64,000 nucleotides of DNA, taken from a virus. The stretch's first letter is position 1. Each line of letters opens with the position of its first letter. The stretch spans positions 8,782 through 72,781 of the IMG/VR virus record IMGVR_UViG_3300046673_000058; one strand, given 5' to 3'. Positions 40,736 through 50,439 of the stretch are shown in pieces. The translations under genes were made by a program, and so were the position numbers. The notes beneath the pieces are model-generated. The model was given only the letters and a program-made list of their open reading frames with translations. It was not told the origin of the DNA and did not search any database.

Positions 40736-40870
40736 TCACTCCTGGACATACGCTCTGCTTCCCCTGCTTACGTTTATAAGCCGAGTTATTATCTCGTCGA
40801 ATGTTTCTCCTTTCTCCCCTAGTTTCCTGAGCTTTTCGTGCGTCTCGTCCCTTACTACAATGGTTTTCAT
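40736..40870 (-). CDS. Archaeal-type RHH/antitoxin-like regulator (44 aa)
   Basis: MKTIVVRDETHEKLRKLGEKGETFDEIITRLI. Confidence 0.75.
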   Translation of the reverse strand: MKTIVVRDETHEKLRKLGEKGETFDEIITRLINVSRGSRAYVQE

Positions 40871-40876
40871 ACTCGT

Positions 40877-41791
40877 TCACCTGCGGAGTGGGTTTGGTGT
40901 GTGAACTTCCGCTTGACCCGCTGCTGTCAATTCCCGTAGTCTCTGTTCGTGCTCTCTGTTTGCCGCTGAAATCCGTCGGGCTACTTCTTTTTCCTTCTGT
41001 TGGCGCTCGCGTATCGCCTCTCGGCGTGCGAGGTCTTCGGGGTGTTCAACCTCAGCTACTGGCTCTACTAACGGTTTTTCTGAACCCCCAACTTCGAAGT
41101 GCACTGCGTAGTTGACGTCGTAGTAGTCGGTCATTGGGTCGCTGTTGTCCCAGTTGTCTTTGTTGATAATCTCTTGCGCACGGTTGAGGAGGGTCTTTCC
41201 TTCCTCAGTGAAGGTTTTGTAGTTCACAACGTTTCCGTGAACTTGGGTCCACTTTCGCTCTGCCATTATGATTACATTGTCGCGCTCGTTGGTTTGCCAC
41301 TGCTCTTCTCCGTGAACTGCGTCTTCCCTGATTTCTTCGGGAGTTCGGAACACACGGACGTCTGCCTGCGAGAGTTCAATGTTTAGGCTTTGTCCCATCG
41401 AGTAGTACTCTGTCCTCACTGACCACTTGCATCCAGGAAACTCAGCCTTGAGTTGTTCGCGAACTTCCTTGGCGATTCTCTTAAGAGGCTTGTGCTTAGG
41501 GTTGGGGTCTGACAGTTCTTTTGCTTCCCTCTCTTTGCGCTCAATCTTCTGCGCGGCTTTAAATTCATTGTACGCACGCGCGTTTTCTAGTTGTTTTTCT
41601 ATGTATGCCGCCCTGTTTTCGCTTGTTGGAAATACGTAGTTTGCGAAAGGCTTTACCGCTCGTGGGCGGAAGAGCATCAGTTGGCAGGGATGATGAGTAT
41701 TGGGCATATCCTTTTTCCAGATTTTTACCCCTGTTGCTTCGTCAACAATCGCAGCATTTCGCTCCGTTTCGAAAAGGTCAATAACCCGCAT
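40877..41791 (-). CDS. LPD29-like (polyvalent-protein-associated) domain protein
   Basis: AK.VR..LK..FPG.K.SVR..Y..G.S..I and N.DNSDPMTDYYDVNY motifs. Confidence 0.7.
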   Translation of the reverse strand: MRVIDLFETERNAAIVDEATGVKIWKKDMPNTHHPCQLMLFRPRAVKPFANYVFPTSENRAAYIEKQLENARAYNEFKAAQKIERKEREAKELSDPNPKHKPLKRIAKEVREQLKAEFPGCKWSVRTEYYSMGQSLNIELSQADVRVFRTPEEIREDAVHGEEQWQTNERDNVIIMAERKWTQVHGNVVNYKTFTEEGKTLLNRAQEIINKDNWDNSDPMTDYYDVNYAVHFEVGGSEKPLVEPVAEVEHPEDLARREAIRERQQKEKEVARRISAANREHEQRLRELTAAGQAEVHTPNPLRR

Positions 41792-41826
41792 TTTTCTTTC
41801 ACTCCTAGGGTTCTACACTTCATAAC

Positions 41827-41882
41827 CCCAATACCCTATACGCAACTATACTATTTATATCTATTGTATCGTTTGTATTGGG
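41827..41882 (-). promoter_or_regulatory. TATA promoter bracketed by an 8-bp inverted repeat
   Basis: TATAAATA on minus (41852-59) between CCCAATAC (41827-34) and GTATTGGG (41875-82). Confidence 0.6.
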
Positions 41883-41891
41883 TATATCCTC

Positions 41892-43292
41892 TCATCTTCT
41901 TAGGGTTGGGAGTTCATCATAATTGGCCGGGGGTGTAAAGTCCTTCCATTTATCATCCATCTCTTGCTCCATTCTCTCTCTTTCGTCAAGGTCAGGTTCG
42001 ACTCTAGCATTCTCGTAAATAAGATGAGTCTCCTCTTTGATTTTAAGCGATTCATCTGTGTGATACTGTAACTCAACAGCGTTACCTTCCTTATCCGTCC
42101 AAACGGTGTTGTAACCCTGGTACCCACCTGCTTGATTATCACCAAAATAATTTCTCATCTTAAGTGGCTCGTATCCTTCGGATTCAAGCGTTTTTTGGGA
42201 TTCCAATACATTATCGACAAAATTTTCAGGGTCATAAATAATCGTGTAACGTAATGAATCTGTAACGCTCTCTGCTGCCTCTTTGGCTGTAAGGTCCGGT
42301 TCTTCAGCCATATAACCTGCAATCTTTCGAGCGGTGCTATCTTCCGACTTGAGTGCAAAGTCGAGACCTTCAAGATTCCCATCTGTTGAAGCCGCTATAT
42401 CCGTCATCATAGCGGTTGTTTCGCTTTCCCGTTCCGCAGCGTTATTATATAGTGCCTCAGCTTCGGCGCTGACGTCTTCCCCTTCCGCTGGTACACCTTC
42501 TTCGCCTTCGCCTTCAGGCACCTCTTCACCAGGCGCAGCTTCAGTCGGATAATTATATTCCATGATGCACATACAATTGATGACGTTACCCTCTGAACCG
42601 TCCGGGTCGCCAGGATACATTAAGTCCTCACCATCAACGTCAAACGGTTCATCTATCGGCACTTCCTGCCCATCCGCTTCCTCATGTGCTGGGCGTGGGT
42701 TGTCGCTGGTGGTGCTCCAGACCTTCGTCGCCCCGTCAGGCATAATGTCCTGCGCAGTATCCATAGAAGCAAAATTATAAGCGCCTGCGGTTTCGGTACG
42801 GGCGATAGTCCCCGCACGACCTATACTCATGTTATCAAAGCTATCAGACAAATCAGCAGCCATCTCTGTCGTACTCTTCCCTTCAGACTCACCGCTTCTC
42901 AGCGTGTTAGCTAACCACTGCTGGTCGGTATCAGTTATTCCATCAATCTTTGCGCCTGCGTTGTCTTTCATCCATTGGTCCGCAGAGTCTTCCCAATCCT
43001 TCTTAACCGCGTTAGGAGCCAACCATTCTTTCGTGTTGCCTTCTGCCTCTTGCGCGGCGTTCTGCCAAATTTGCTTGAGCGTCGCCTTCCAGAGTGGCGT
43101 AATAGAGTCCTTAAAAAACTGCTTCGTGTGGTCGGGGAGCTCATCGAGTGGAATACCTGAGACTACAAATTCTAATATTCTGGGTCGTTGCTTACGATAA
43201 CACCGTAATACTAATTTGTGGGCGTGCTGCTCTAGCAACTTCATAGCCTGCAAATGGCGTTTCACATAGACTGCACGCAACTGTTTATTCAT
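41892..43292 (-). CDS. MuF/SPP1 gp7-like minor head protein with C-terminal RelA/SpoT-like (Apk2-type) synthetase domain
   Basis: MuF: RA.TIARTET, K.W....D.RP.H, DGQ.V..DEPF, YPGDP...INC.C. C-terminus: KS..S..RKI, DSLRYT, RNYF, YQGYN, ELQYHT, H..YE..R. Confidence 0.9.
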   Translation of the reverse strand: MNKQLRAVYVKRHLQAMKLLEQHAHKLVLRCYRKQRPRILEFVVSGIPLDELPDHTKQFFKDSITPLWKATLKQIWQNAAQEAEGNTKEWLAPNAVKKDWEDSADQWMKDNAGAKIDGITDTDQQWLANTLRSGESEGKSTTEMAADLSDSFDNMSIGRAGTIARTETAGAYNFASMDTAQDIMPDGATKVWSTTSDNPRPAHEEADGQEVPIDEPFDVDGEDLMYPGDPDGSEGNVINCMCIMEYNYPTEAAPGEEVPEGEGEEGVPAEGEDVSAEAEALYNNAAERESETTAMMTDIAASTDGNLEGLDFALKSEDSTARKIAGYMAEEPDLTAKEAAESVTDSLRYTIIYDPENFVDNVLESQKTLESEGYEPLKMRNYFGDNQAGGYQGYNTVWTDKEGNAVELQYHTDESLKIKEETHLIYENARVEPDLDERERMEQEMDDKWKDFTPPANYDELPTLRR

Positions 43293-44044
43293 TTCAACCC
43301 GCCTAAAAGTAACTTTCCAATATGTTCGGTGTATGCTGGGGGGATGGCCTGTGTGAGGTCATATTTGTTTTTCGTAAGCGTTGGGTGTTTGTTCATCCAA
43401 GCAATACCCATAGCATCGCACCAGTCGAGATACCGCGCAGAACCGTTGCCTCCGTGTCCTACCACGGTGCAATATCGGGTATTCACTCTTTCAGCATATT
43501 CTTTATTTAATTTCTTACGCAGTTCCTTATCTCCACCTGCGGAATAATTTCCAATAGGACTGCAATTAATGACTACGGCATAGTCGCCGTTCCTGACTGA
43601 ACCGTTGTGCCTACATCCACACGGCGGATAAATCCATTGTTCTGCGCTTATCTCGAATAATCTGTGCCTAATTACTCGTAGATTAAACATTGTGCCGCAT
43701 AGTTTCAATGGTTTTATAAGTTTCGCGCCAACTACGTTTTCGATGATATACGGCTTGTTTGTTTCCGTCAGCATATCGCGTGTTGGTTCCAACAGATCAG
43801 GATATTTCTTTCCTTTGTTTCTCCATGATAAAGATGCAAACGAATATGCCTGACACGGCGGACTAGCGTGGATAACGTCAAACTGCTGCAGAAAATCTGG
43901 TTCCAGATCAAAAACGTCTGATTGAATAAATTCAAACGGATAATTCGGTTGTTCTTTTAGATCAACGCCTACCACATCAAACCCTGCGCGATTGTAGCCC
44001 ATAGCGGCCCCGCCCGCACCACAATACAAGTCGAGAAGCTTCAT
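43289..44044 (-). CDS. DNA cytosine-5 methyltransferase (short phage type)
   Basis: DLYCGAGG, SPPCQ, IENV, RHRLFE and QAIPPAY motifs. Confidence 0.88.
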   Translation of the reverse strand: MKLLDLYCGAGGAAMGYNRAGFDVVGVDLKEQPNYPFEFIQSDVFDLEPDFLQQFDVIHASPPCQAYSFASLSWRNKGKKYPDLLEPTRDMLTETNKPYIIENVVGAKLIKPLKLCGTMFNLRVIRHRLFEISAEQWIYPPCGCRHNGSVRNGDYAVVINCSPIGNYSAGGDKELRKKLNKEYAERVNTRYCTVVGHGGNGSARYLDWCDAMGIAWMNKHPTLTKNKYDLTQAIPPAYTEHIGKLLLGGLK

Positions 44045-44379
44045 TCTTAATTATACCCTACAACACGTAAATTGTAAATACCAAACATGATAGCCCCAGA
44101 CCCATAAGAATACCAGGGCACCACACATCACTAAATCACTTATTTTTCGTTTCACAAGTCACTTCCTTACGCGCTTCTTCCCGTTTTTTACGTCGTTCGT
44201 CCATCAGTTTAAACAGATTTGGGGGCCGACCTCGCGGCTTTTTCATTTCTTCTTGTCCCAAAACGTACATATTTTGGGATAAAGCACTGTGTCATCAAGC
44301 AGGTGAAACCCCCGGGCAGAGCAGTAGTATCCAGTACCTGATGTGCCTGCGTGTTGGCAACTCGCACAGGGTTCTAAAA

Positions 44380-45588
44380 TCATTTTATAACCTTAGCCAC
44401 TGCAACCCAGCCGGACCACACCGTGCCATTCCACGTCTTACGGTAAAGTGCCTTGTCAACTCCTACCGCTTCGAGAGTTACGTTGGTGCCGTCGAAGTAC
44501 GCTGCTGGTCCAGTTCCCGCGAGAACCTGCCCACCGAGGTTGAACCACGTACTCCACGCGGTGCCGTTCCACGATTTCATATACACTCCATCGGGCGAAC
44601 CGCGAACGTAGACATCCATACCAGTCCCACGGGTTATTGCCGATGGTGCTGAAGTGAGATTGCCACCTAGCGACGTCCATGTTTTGCCGTCGTCAGGACT
44701 GTGCCATAATGCGTTGTCTGAACCTTTTACAAATATATCCATTCCTAAACCTCCTGGTGTTGATGCGAAGTTGATTGTTGTCGGGGGTGGCGTTACGCCT
44801 CCAGCACGTTTCAGTATCGGCGTCATATTTGGTGGATACATTTTCATGAGGTCGGTAAATAAGCTAGGCATCGAAAAGCCCCCCTGGTTATACCACCATT
44901 GGAACCCGCAACATGGTGCTTTCTGACTTGCCATCGCGTCGACCATTTCTGCGTAGGTGCTCGCGTCAGCGCCGTAATCAGTTTGTGCCCACGTTCCGAT
45001 ACAGAGCCCCTGTTCAAATGTTCCGTGGTCTTTGTTAACCCCTGCTTCCGTGCCTATTTCACTCGCGCTAATCATGCTGCTTGAGGTGTAGGTCTCAAGC
45101 CACACGTTTAGCGTGCCGGGTTTTATCGTGCAGTTCGGTGTGTATTGGTTACCGGCAAATATGTCATTGTTCCCCGTGGGGCCTCCTGTGCCTTGGCCGC
45201 CATAAGTTCCTGCGACCATCTTACCTGGTGAAGCACTCATCATCGTGCACATCTCAGCTCCAGATTCTGATTCGCCGATTACCCATTGTACTCCGGAACT
45301 GGCGAGTTGTTGATAGTAACTGAGGGACCAATTCGTTGAGGTGCCGTCATTGGAGTTGTTGACCCCGCACGTAACGCCGTTCGCCTGGCAGTCTGCAATG
45401 AAGGATTGGTTGGGGTAGCCCCCGTCGGAGATTACTAAGAGGAAATCTATTATTCCCTGTGCTTTTAACGGCGCTACAGCTTGGACCGTTGACGCTGGTA
45501 GCGGTGTTGTCGATGTTCGTTTTAATTTATAGGGTGTTGGGTTGGAGTCGCTTGAAGCAGCGAGGCCGTAAACCATCTGTTGTGTCAT
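44380..45588 (-). CDS. Putative hydrolase domain plus PLL-type lectin repeats (candidate lysin/adhesin)
   Basis: C-terminal DIFVKGSDNALW...W.SLGG.LTSAP, DVYVRG...WFNLGG and GVDKALY..W repeats. Confidence 0.65.
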   Translation of the reverse strand: MTQQMVYGLAASSDSNPTPYKLKRTSTTPLPASTVQAVAPLKAQGIIDFLLVISDGGYPNQSFIADCQANGVTCGVNNSNDGTSTNWSLSYYQQLASSGVQWVIGESESGAEMCTMMSASPGKMVAGTYGGQGTGGPTGNNDIFAGNQYTPNCTIKPGTLNVWLETYTSSSMISASEIGTEAGVNKDHGTFEQGLCIGTWAQTDYGADASTYAEMVDAMASQKAPCCGFQWWYNQGGFSMPSLFTDLMKMYPPNMTPILKRAGGVTPPPTTINFASTPGGLGMDIFVKGSDNALWHSPDDGKTWTSLGGNLTSAPSAITRGTGMDVYVRGSPDGVYMKSWNGTAWSTWFNLGGQVLAGTGPAAYFDGTNVTLEAVGVDKALYRKTWNGTVWSGWVAVAKVIK

Positions 45589-46795
45589 TTTAACTCTCCT
45601 TATCTATTAGCCCACCGTTTGAACTCGGTGCGCATATCCTTTATTTCATTAGCTAGGTATTCTAATAATTGGATTTTGGTGAGCTCCAGCCCGAACCTTG
45701 CAACCTCGGCTTCTATCTGGACATCGAGACTGAAAACCATAAGGTCTTCGGGCTTTGCTTCCTTTTTCCGTGATGCTTCCTGAATCGCATGCATCCGGTC
45801 AACGAAGTCGGCCAGTAACAACATGGGGTCTTCGGTTGGCTTGATTATCATTTGATTGGGTCGCCTCCCATCATTTCTCGTTGCTTGTTGACCAATGATT
45901 TAGACCGTTCTACCCCATCGGCACAAATGATTGTAGGCTCAATTATTAAGGATGTGAACTTGGTGTGCGCTCTCTTGGGCACAACCCCGCCTTTCGCGGC
46001 GTGCTTGAGTATCCCGTCCTGGAAGAATCTATCATTAGGTAAGCTATACTTTCTCCCGTAAATCACGCGCTTGATTATCATAACAACTTACACGGCCTTT
46101 CCCGCGCGACCTGTGAGCGCATCGCGAAGTCCGCTGCACGCTCAGGCCAATCGTATTCGTGGGCACACGGGCGGGCCCTACCTTCTGCTATTTCCTTATT
46201 GATGTCGACGGGCCACGCGCATTGGCCAACTATATCCGTGAAATCGCAACTAATGCAGTGCGTGAACCGTTGTCCAATCGGGCACACAAAGCCCTCGTCT
46301 GATAGGTAGCTGTGTGCTACGGTGGGTTTGGCGTTGGCAGTGTCTTCAGCGGTCATTATGTTTCCCCTCAATCGCTAAGTCAAAGATTATCTTAACGAGT
46401 TCTGATGATATTTCCACATAACAAATCCCGTCTTCTAATACCCCGCCGTTTCGTAAAACTTCGAGACTTAAATCGCTAATATTCCGGCCAGTATAATCGT
46501 AAAAATGGTCTTTAGGTACTCCATCTTCAGGGTCGAATATCCCCGCTAAGATTGCGGCCTCATCCTCTAGATGCCCTTTAGCGATTTTATTCAACTCATT
46601 TAACCGGAGATATACTGATTCAGAGTAAAGCATTTCTCAAACCTCAGCGGTCATAGGGGTTAAACGGATACGTAACCTTGCATTGTGCTTTCTTCAATGC
46701 TTTGACTTCACTTTTAAGCTCAGTAATCTGCATTCCCTGTGTTATGTCTACTTCCATCAATAATCGTATGAATCCTTCCACTTCTTTAGCTTTCA

Positions 46796-47533
46796 TTATA
46801 ACATCTCCTTTACGCGGCGTTCCGCGATTTTACAGTATTCAGCTTCTTTTTCTATGCAGATGTAGTGGCGATTTGAACGTTTACAAGCGACGGCGGTTGT
46901 TCCTGACCCACAAGTCGGGTCAAGAACGGTGTCGCCTTCGTTGGTGTAGGTTCGTATGAGATATTCGAAAAGAGCGACGGGTTTTTGGGTTGGGTGCTGA
47001 CCTACCTGCCGTTCTGTGCTATTGTTTACAAGGGCATTAATACGGATAACCGATGTCGGAAAACGTAACTCGGGAGATGATTCATTTACAGTCGAACGGG
47101 TGCCATAACATTCTTGTTTATTGTTGCCGCTTTTAAAGTTACGTTGGTGTGCTTTTCGTGCTTCTTTTGTCTTTTGTGGATTATATGTCGGTTGTTTCTG
47201 TGTGAACACCAATACGTTTTCGTGTGCGCGTAGTGGTGCACGTTGTGCGTTAAGGAACCCGGATACGCGGCGTTTATCCCACACCAAATCGTAACGGAAA
47301 GTATCTGAGTTTGAGCTGATTAGTGTAGTTGCGAATGGTTGTGCCGCCGTGAGGACCACTAACCCTTTACAGACCCTCCACCATTCTTTCCACAATTCAC
47401 CAAGCGGTAGTGGGGTATCCCATTTACATGCAGTGACGCCATATGGTAAATCAGCGAGAATCATATCAACTGATTTATCCTCAATCGTCGGCATAACCTC
47501 AAGACAATCGCCGCAGATTATTTGGTCTAGCAA
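46796..47533 (-). CDS. DNA N6-adenine/N4-cytosine methyltransferase (beta class)
   Basis: GDCLE, DLPY, HPTQKP and LDPTCGSGTT motifs. Confidence 0.93.
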   Translation of the reverse strand: MLDQIICGDCLEVMPTIEDKSVDMILADLPYGVTACKWDTPLPLGELWKEWWRVCKGLVVLTAAQPFATTLISSNSDTFRYDLVWDKRRVSGFLNAQRAPLRAHENVLVFTQKQPTYNPQKTKEARKAHQRNFKSGNNKQECYGTRSTVNESSPELRFPTSVIRINALVNNSTERQVGQHPTQKPVALFEYLIRTYTNEGDTVLDPTCGSGTTAVACKRSNRHYICIEKEAEYCKIAERRVKEML

Positions 47534-47685
47534 TTAAACCTCATTTTTCTGCTTTAAACATATCCCACACATCACGCGTCGTTCTAATGCCGTCTATATA
47601 ATATTCATCTTCGCCTTCGTTAACTATGTGGTGCAGTGTTATACATGGGAATGCGCGTATCGTTTCTACAGTCATATTTCAAACC

Positions 47686-48069
47686 TCATCGCTTATCCAA
47701 GAACACCTTAATGCCATCCTTCAGACAGCACCCCGTTCCTTTTTTCCACTCACAACGTCTGCGGTATGAATCAACCGTTGTATCCGCCATTATAATCTCA
47801 TCAGTGTAGGGGGTTTTATGGGAGGTTATAAATGCAATCGTCGGCCCTACGCGCTCTAACCCATCACATAGCCGCTCAATGGCGAGTTGTTGGCCCCATG
47901 GTATGTCTGCACTCATGTATTTCGTTTCTCCGATGATAAAGAACCTGCCGCCGATGTCATAGAACATGTCTAGGTCTGTGGGGGTTTTTGTTCCCAACTC
48001 AAGACCCCTGAAGGAGATGAGCTGCTTCGCCGCTTCCTTGTTGCGCCATACGCTAGTTAAAGAAGACAC
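47686..48069 (-). CDS. PD-(D/E)XK-like protein
   Basis: PTDLD...IIGETK...GQ motifs. Confidence 0.5.
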   Translation of the reverse strand: MSSLTSVWRNKEAAKQLISFRGLELGTKTPTDLDMFYDIGGRFFIIGETKYMSADIPWGQQLAIERLCDGLERVGPTIAFITSHKTPYTDEIIMADTTVDSYRRRCEWKKGTGCCLKDGIKVFLDKR

Positions 48070-48599
48070 GTCTGCTGTACCTCATTACCCCATGTAGCCC
48101 ATCCTGGGTACTCTTTTCGTGCAAATAACTCTAAGTACCGCCCTTCCGGGTACATAGCCTCAATTATCTGGTGAACTATCGGGGGTTTTTCACTGTGCTT
48201 GGTGCGCTTCTGTCTGATTACTGAGCGCGGACGTGCTGATGGGGTAGGGACCGGCATAGACCCTTTCCGCCCTACTAACAATAGTTCGTGCTGTATTCTG
48301 AACCAGTGTCCCATGCCTAAGTTTTCCTTGTCCCATACTGCACACGAACGATAATTAAAGCCCCATGAATTCAGGACTTCTAATGCTTCCTGGAGTTTCG
48401 GCGCGGGCGTCCAAAGAAAGAGCACCGCGTTGTTAGCAATGGGAATCTCTAGTTCTTTTATATCGTTCAGTTCCATTGTGGGGTAGTGCTTTTCTATCTG
48501 GCGCTTTGGTGTGGTGGTGCCTGAGTCGTATCTCCACGGGGGGTCGGCGTAAATCACGTCGTAGGTCATGCCTTGCAGAACTCCAGTATTTCTAGCCAT
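48057..48599 (-). CDS. MT-A70 family adenine methyltransferase
   Basis: YADPPW, HYPTM, LFLW, WGF.Y, HSEKP and LELFAR motifs. Confidence 0.93.
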   Translation of the reverse strand: MARNTGVLQGMTYDVIYADPPWRYDSGTTTPKRQIEKHYPTMELNDIKELEIPIANNAVLFLWTPAPKLQEALEVLNSWGFNYRSCAVWDKENLGMGHWFRIQHELLLVGRKGSMPVPTPSARPRSVIRQKRTKHSEKPPIVHQIIEAMYPEGRYLELFARKEYPGWATWGNEVQQTCLL

Positions 48600-48952
48600 T
48601 CCACGTCGATGTCCTGCGCGGCTTTATACCTGCTTTTACCGCTGGCCGCATCGCGCAACGCCCTGGCGCACGACTTGCAGTATTTAGCGTGAGGGCGGCG
48701 TTGTCCTATTAGCTTGCCGCAGATTTCGCAGGATTTAAGGTTTGATTCCTTCATCGGTCAGTTTCCGTATGGCTTCGCGAAGGTCGCAATTTTCGTCTAA
48801 AAGCCGGTAAACCTTTTCTTCAAACACCCGTAGTTTTGCTTTAGCTTCCGCAGAGGTGCTCGATGCTTTAATTGCCGTTATTTCGACCTTGGCTATGTGT
48901 TCGTAAATTCTTTCAATTTGTTCTTCTATGGTCATCATGGCGGTCACCTCCT

Positions 48953-49246
48953 TTAGCGCGGATAACAACGTCGTTCCATGCCTTTTTTCGAGGGTTCTTT
49001 TTTCGTGACGATTAGCCCCTCTTTTTCTAATGAGCTAACCCTATACAATATTTGATAATAGTTAGGGCCGACCTCTTCCGACGGGTCATCTTTATTAAAA
49101 TATCTGATGCTGCGTGTGAGTTCCACAACGCAGATTCCGGGATAGCTTTCGATTCGTCGCATGAGTAACACGTCGAGGTCGTCTGTGCCTTCATCAGAGG
49201 GGTGGAAACTCATTGTTGATGGTGAACGCTGCCTCATGATAGCCAT
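48953..49246 (-). CDS. Winged-helix DNA-binding protein
   Basis: PGI...EL...YRV.SLE.EGLI...R.CYP pattern. Confidence 0.6.
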   Translation of the reverse strand: MAIMRQRSPSTMSFHPSDEGTDDLDVLLMRRIESYPGICVVELTRSIRYFNKDDPSEEVGPNYYQILYRVSSLEKEGLIVTKKEPSKKGMERRCYPR

Positions 49247-49659
49247 TTATTTATCCCCTCACTACCTTTAACACGTCAAGCTTAAATTGCACGCAGCCTT
49301 TTTCCGGATGTGTTTCTGCTGGTTCGCAGTGTTCTTTGTGAGTGCATTGGTCGCAGGTCTTCATTGTTTATCAGCTCTGTCTTCGAATTCTTCTTCGCGC
49401 AGTTCTAATTCATTCAGGCGCTCTTCTATCTCTTGGACCCTCACGCAGAGGACGTGCCACGCGCAGTCATTATCGCATGCCCTTTTGCCTTCTATCATGT
49501 CGTGCAGGTAGCAGAATGTCATTTATCAACCCCGTAGTCCACGTTCTCGAAGTCATAAAAGCCCAACTCACGCGCTTTAATAAGATGCTTGATGAGTGAC
49601 CCGCATTTTTTCCTACATGCGCCAAGTTGTTCTTCTGGTGTTTGTTCGTCAGTCATTTT

Positions 49660-50439
49660 TCACACCAACGTCAACTGCTTAACCGCATTGCGCTTATCAA
49701 ACTCGTCTTGCATTTCCGTCAGCGTTATCATCGGTTTAAACCCGTGTGGACTATCCGATTCATACTTCAATAACTGACCCCATAACTCAGGGTAATGCGT
49801 GTACAGATTGTATAATGAGTCTTTTCGTTGGTAAACACACAACCAACAACCAATTCTTTTAAATCTGTCATAAAGCGGGTTCAGCATGTCCCGTTCTTCT
49901 AAATACTTGATGCATTCTGCTTCTGTCCATTTCCATGTGATTAAAGGGAATTTATAATATTTTGATACTTGAAGTGCGAGTGTATTGCAGTGGTCGGCAA
50001 ACGGCGCACAGCCGACGCACTCAACTTCTTCTGAGTACATCTTCCTATTGGTGCGGTGGCGTTCGTCGTAAGCGATTCCTATCATGTGACAGTCATCATC
50101 CCCGGGTTTGGGAAACGCTTTAAACTCGCGGCGTATCCAGCAATTTCGTGGAAATGCTGCGTATGGGAAGCCTAAGACGGTTCCTTTTAATTGTCCTCTT
50201 TCACGGACCCGATAGAACCGCTCATCGAATGGTGTTGATGATGTGACGCGTCGTTCGATTTTTATGCCGTAGTCTGCGATGTATGCGTCTAGCTTATCGA
50301 GATAAGTGTAAAGTTCCGGGAACTCAAGCGTGGTGTCCAGGAAGAGTGCTGAGTCGACCGGGTCGCCGTTCTCAAGGGCGTGGAGAAGCATAGCGGTTGA
50401 ATCCTTGCCGCCAGATACGAGATAGATATTATTACTCAT
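49660..50439 (-). CDS. PAPS reductase-like (PP-loop) protein
   Basis: SGGKDS, DT.LEFPE, GIAYDE..R, PL..W and RIGCW.C motifs. Confidence 0.88.
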   Translation of the reverse strand: MSNNIYLVSGGKDSTAMLLHALENGDPVDSALFLDTTLEFPELYTYLDKLDAYIADYGIKIERRVTSSTPFDERFYRVRERGQLKGTVLGFPYAAFPRNCWIRREFKAFPKPGDDDCHMIGIAYDERHRTNRKMYSEEVECVGCAPFADHCNTLALQVSKYYKFPLITWKWTEAECIKYLEERDMLNPLYDRFKRIGCWLCVYQRKDSLYNLYTHYPELWGQLLKYESDSPHGFKPMITLTEMQDEFDKRNAVKQLTLV

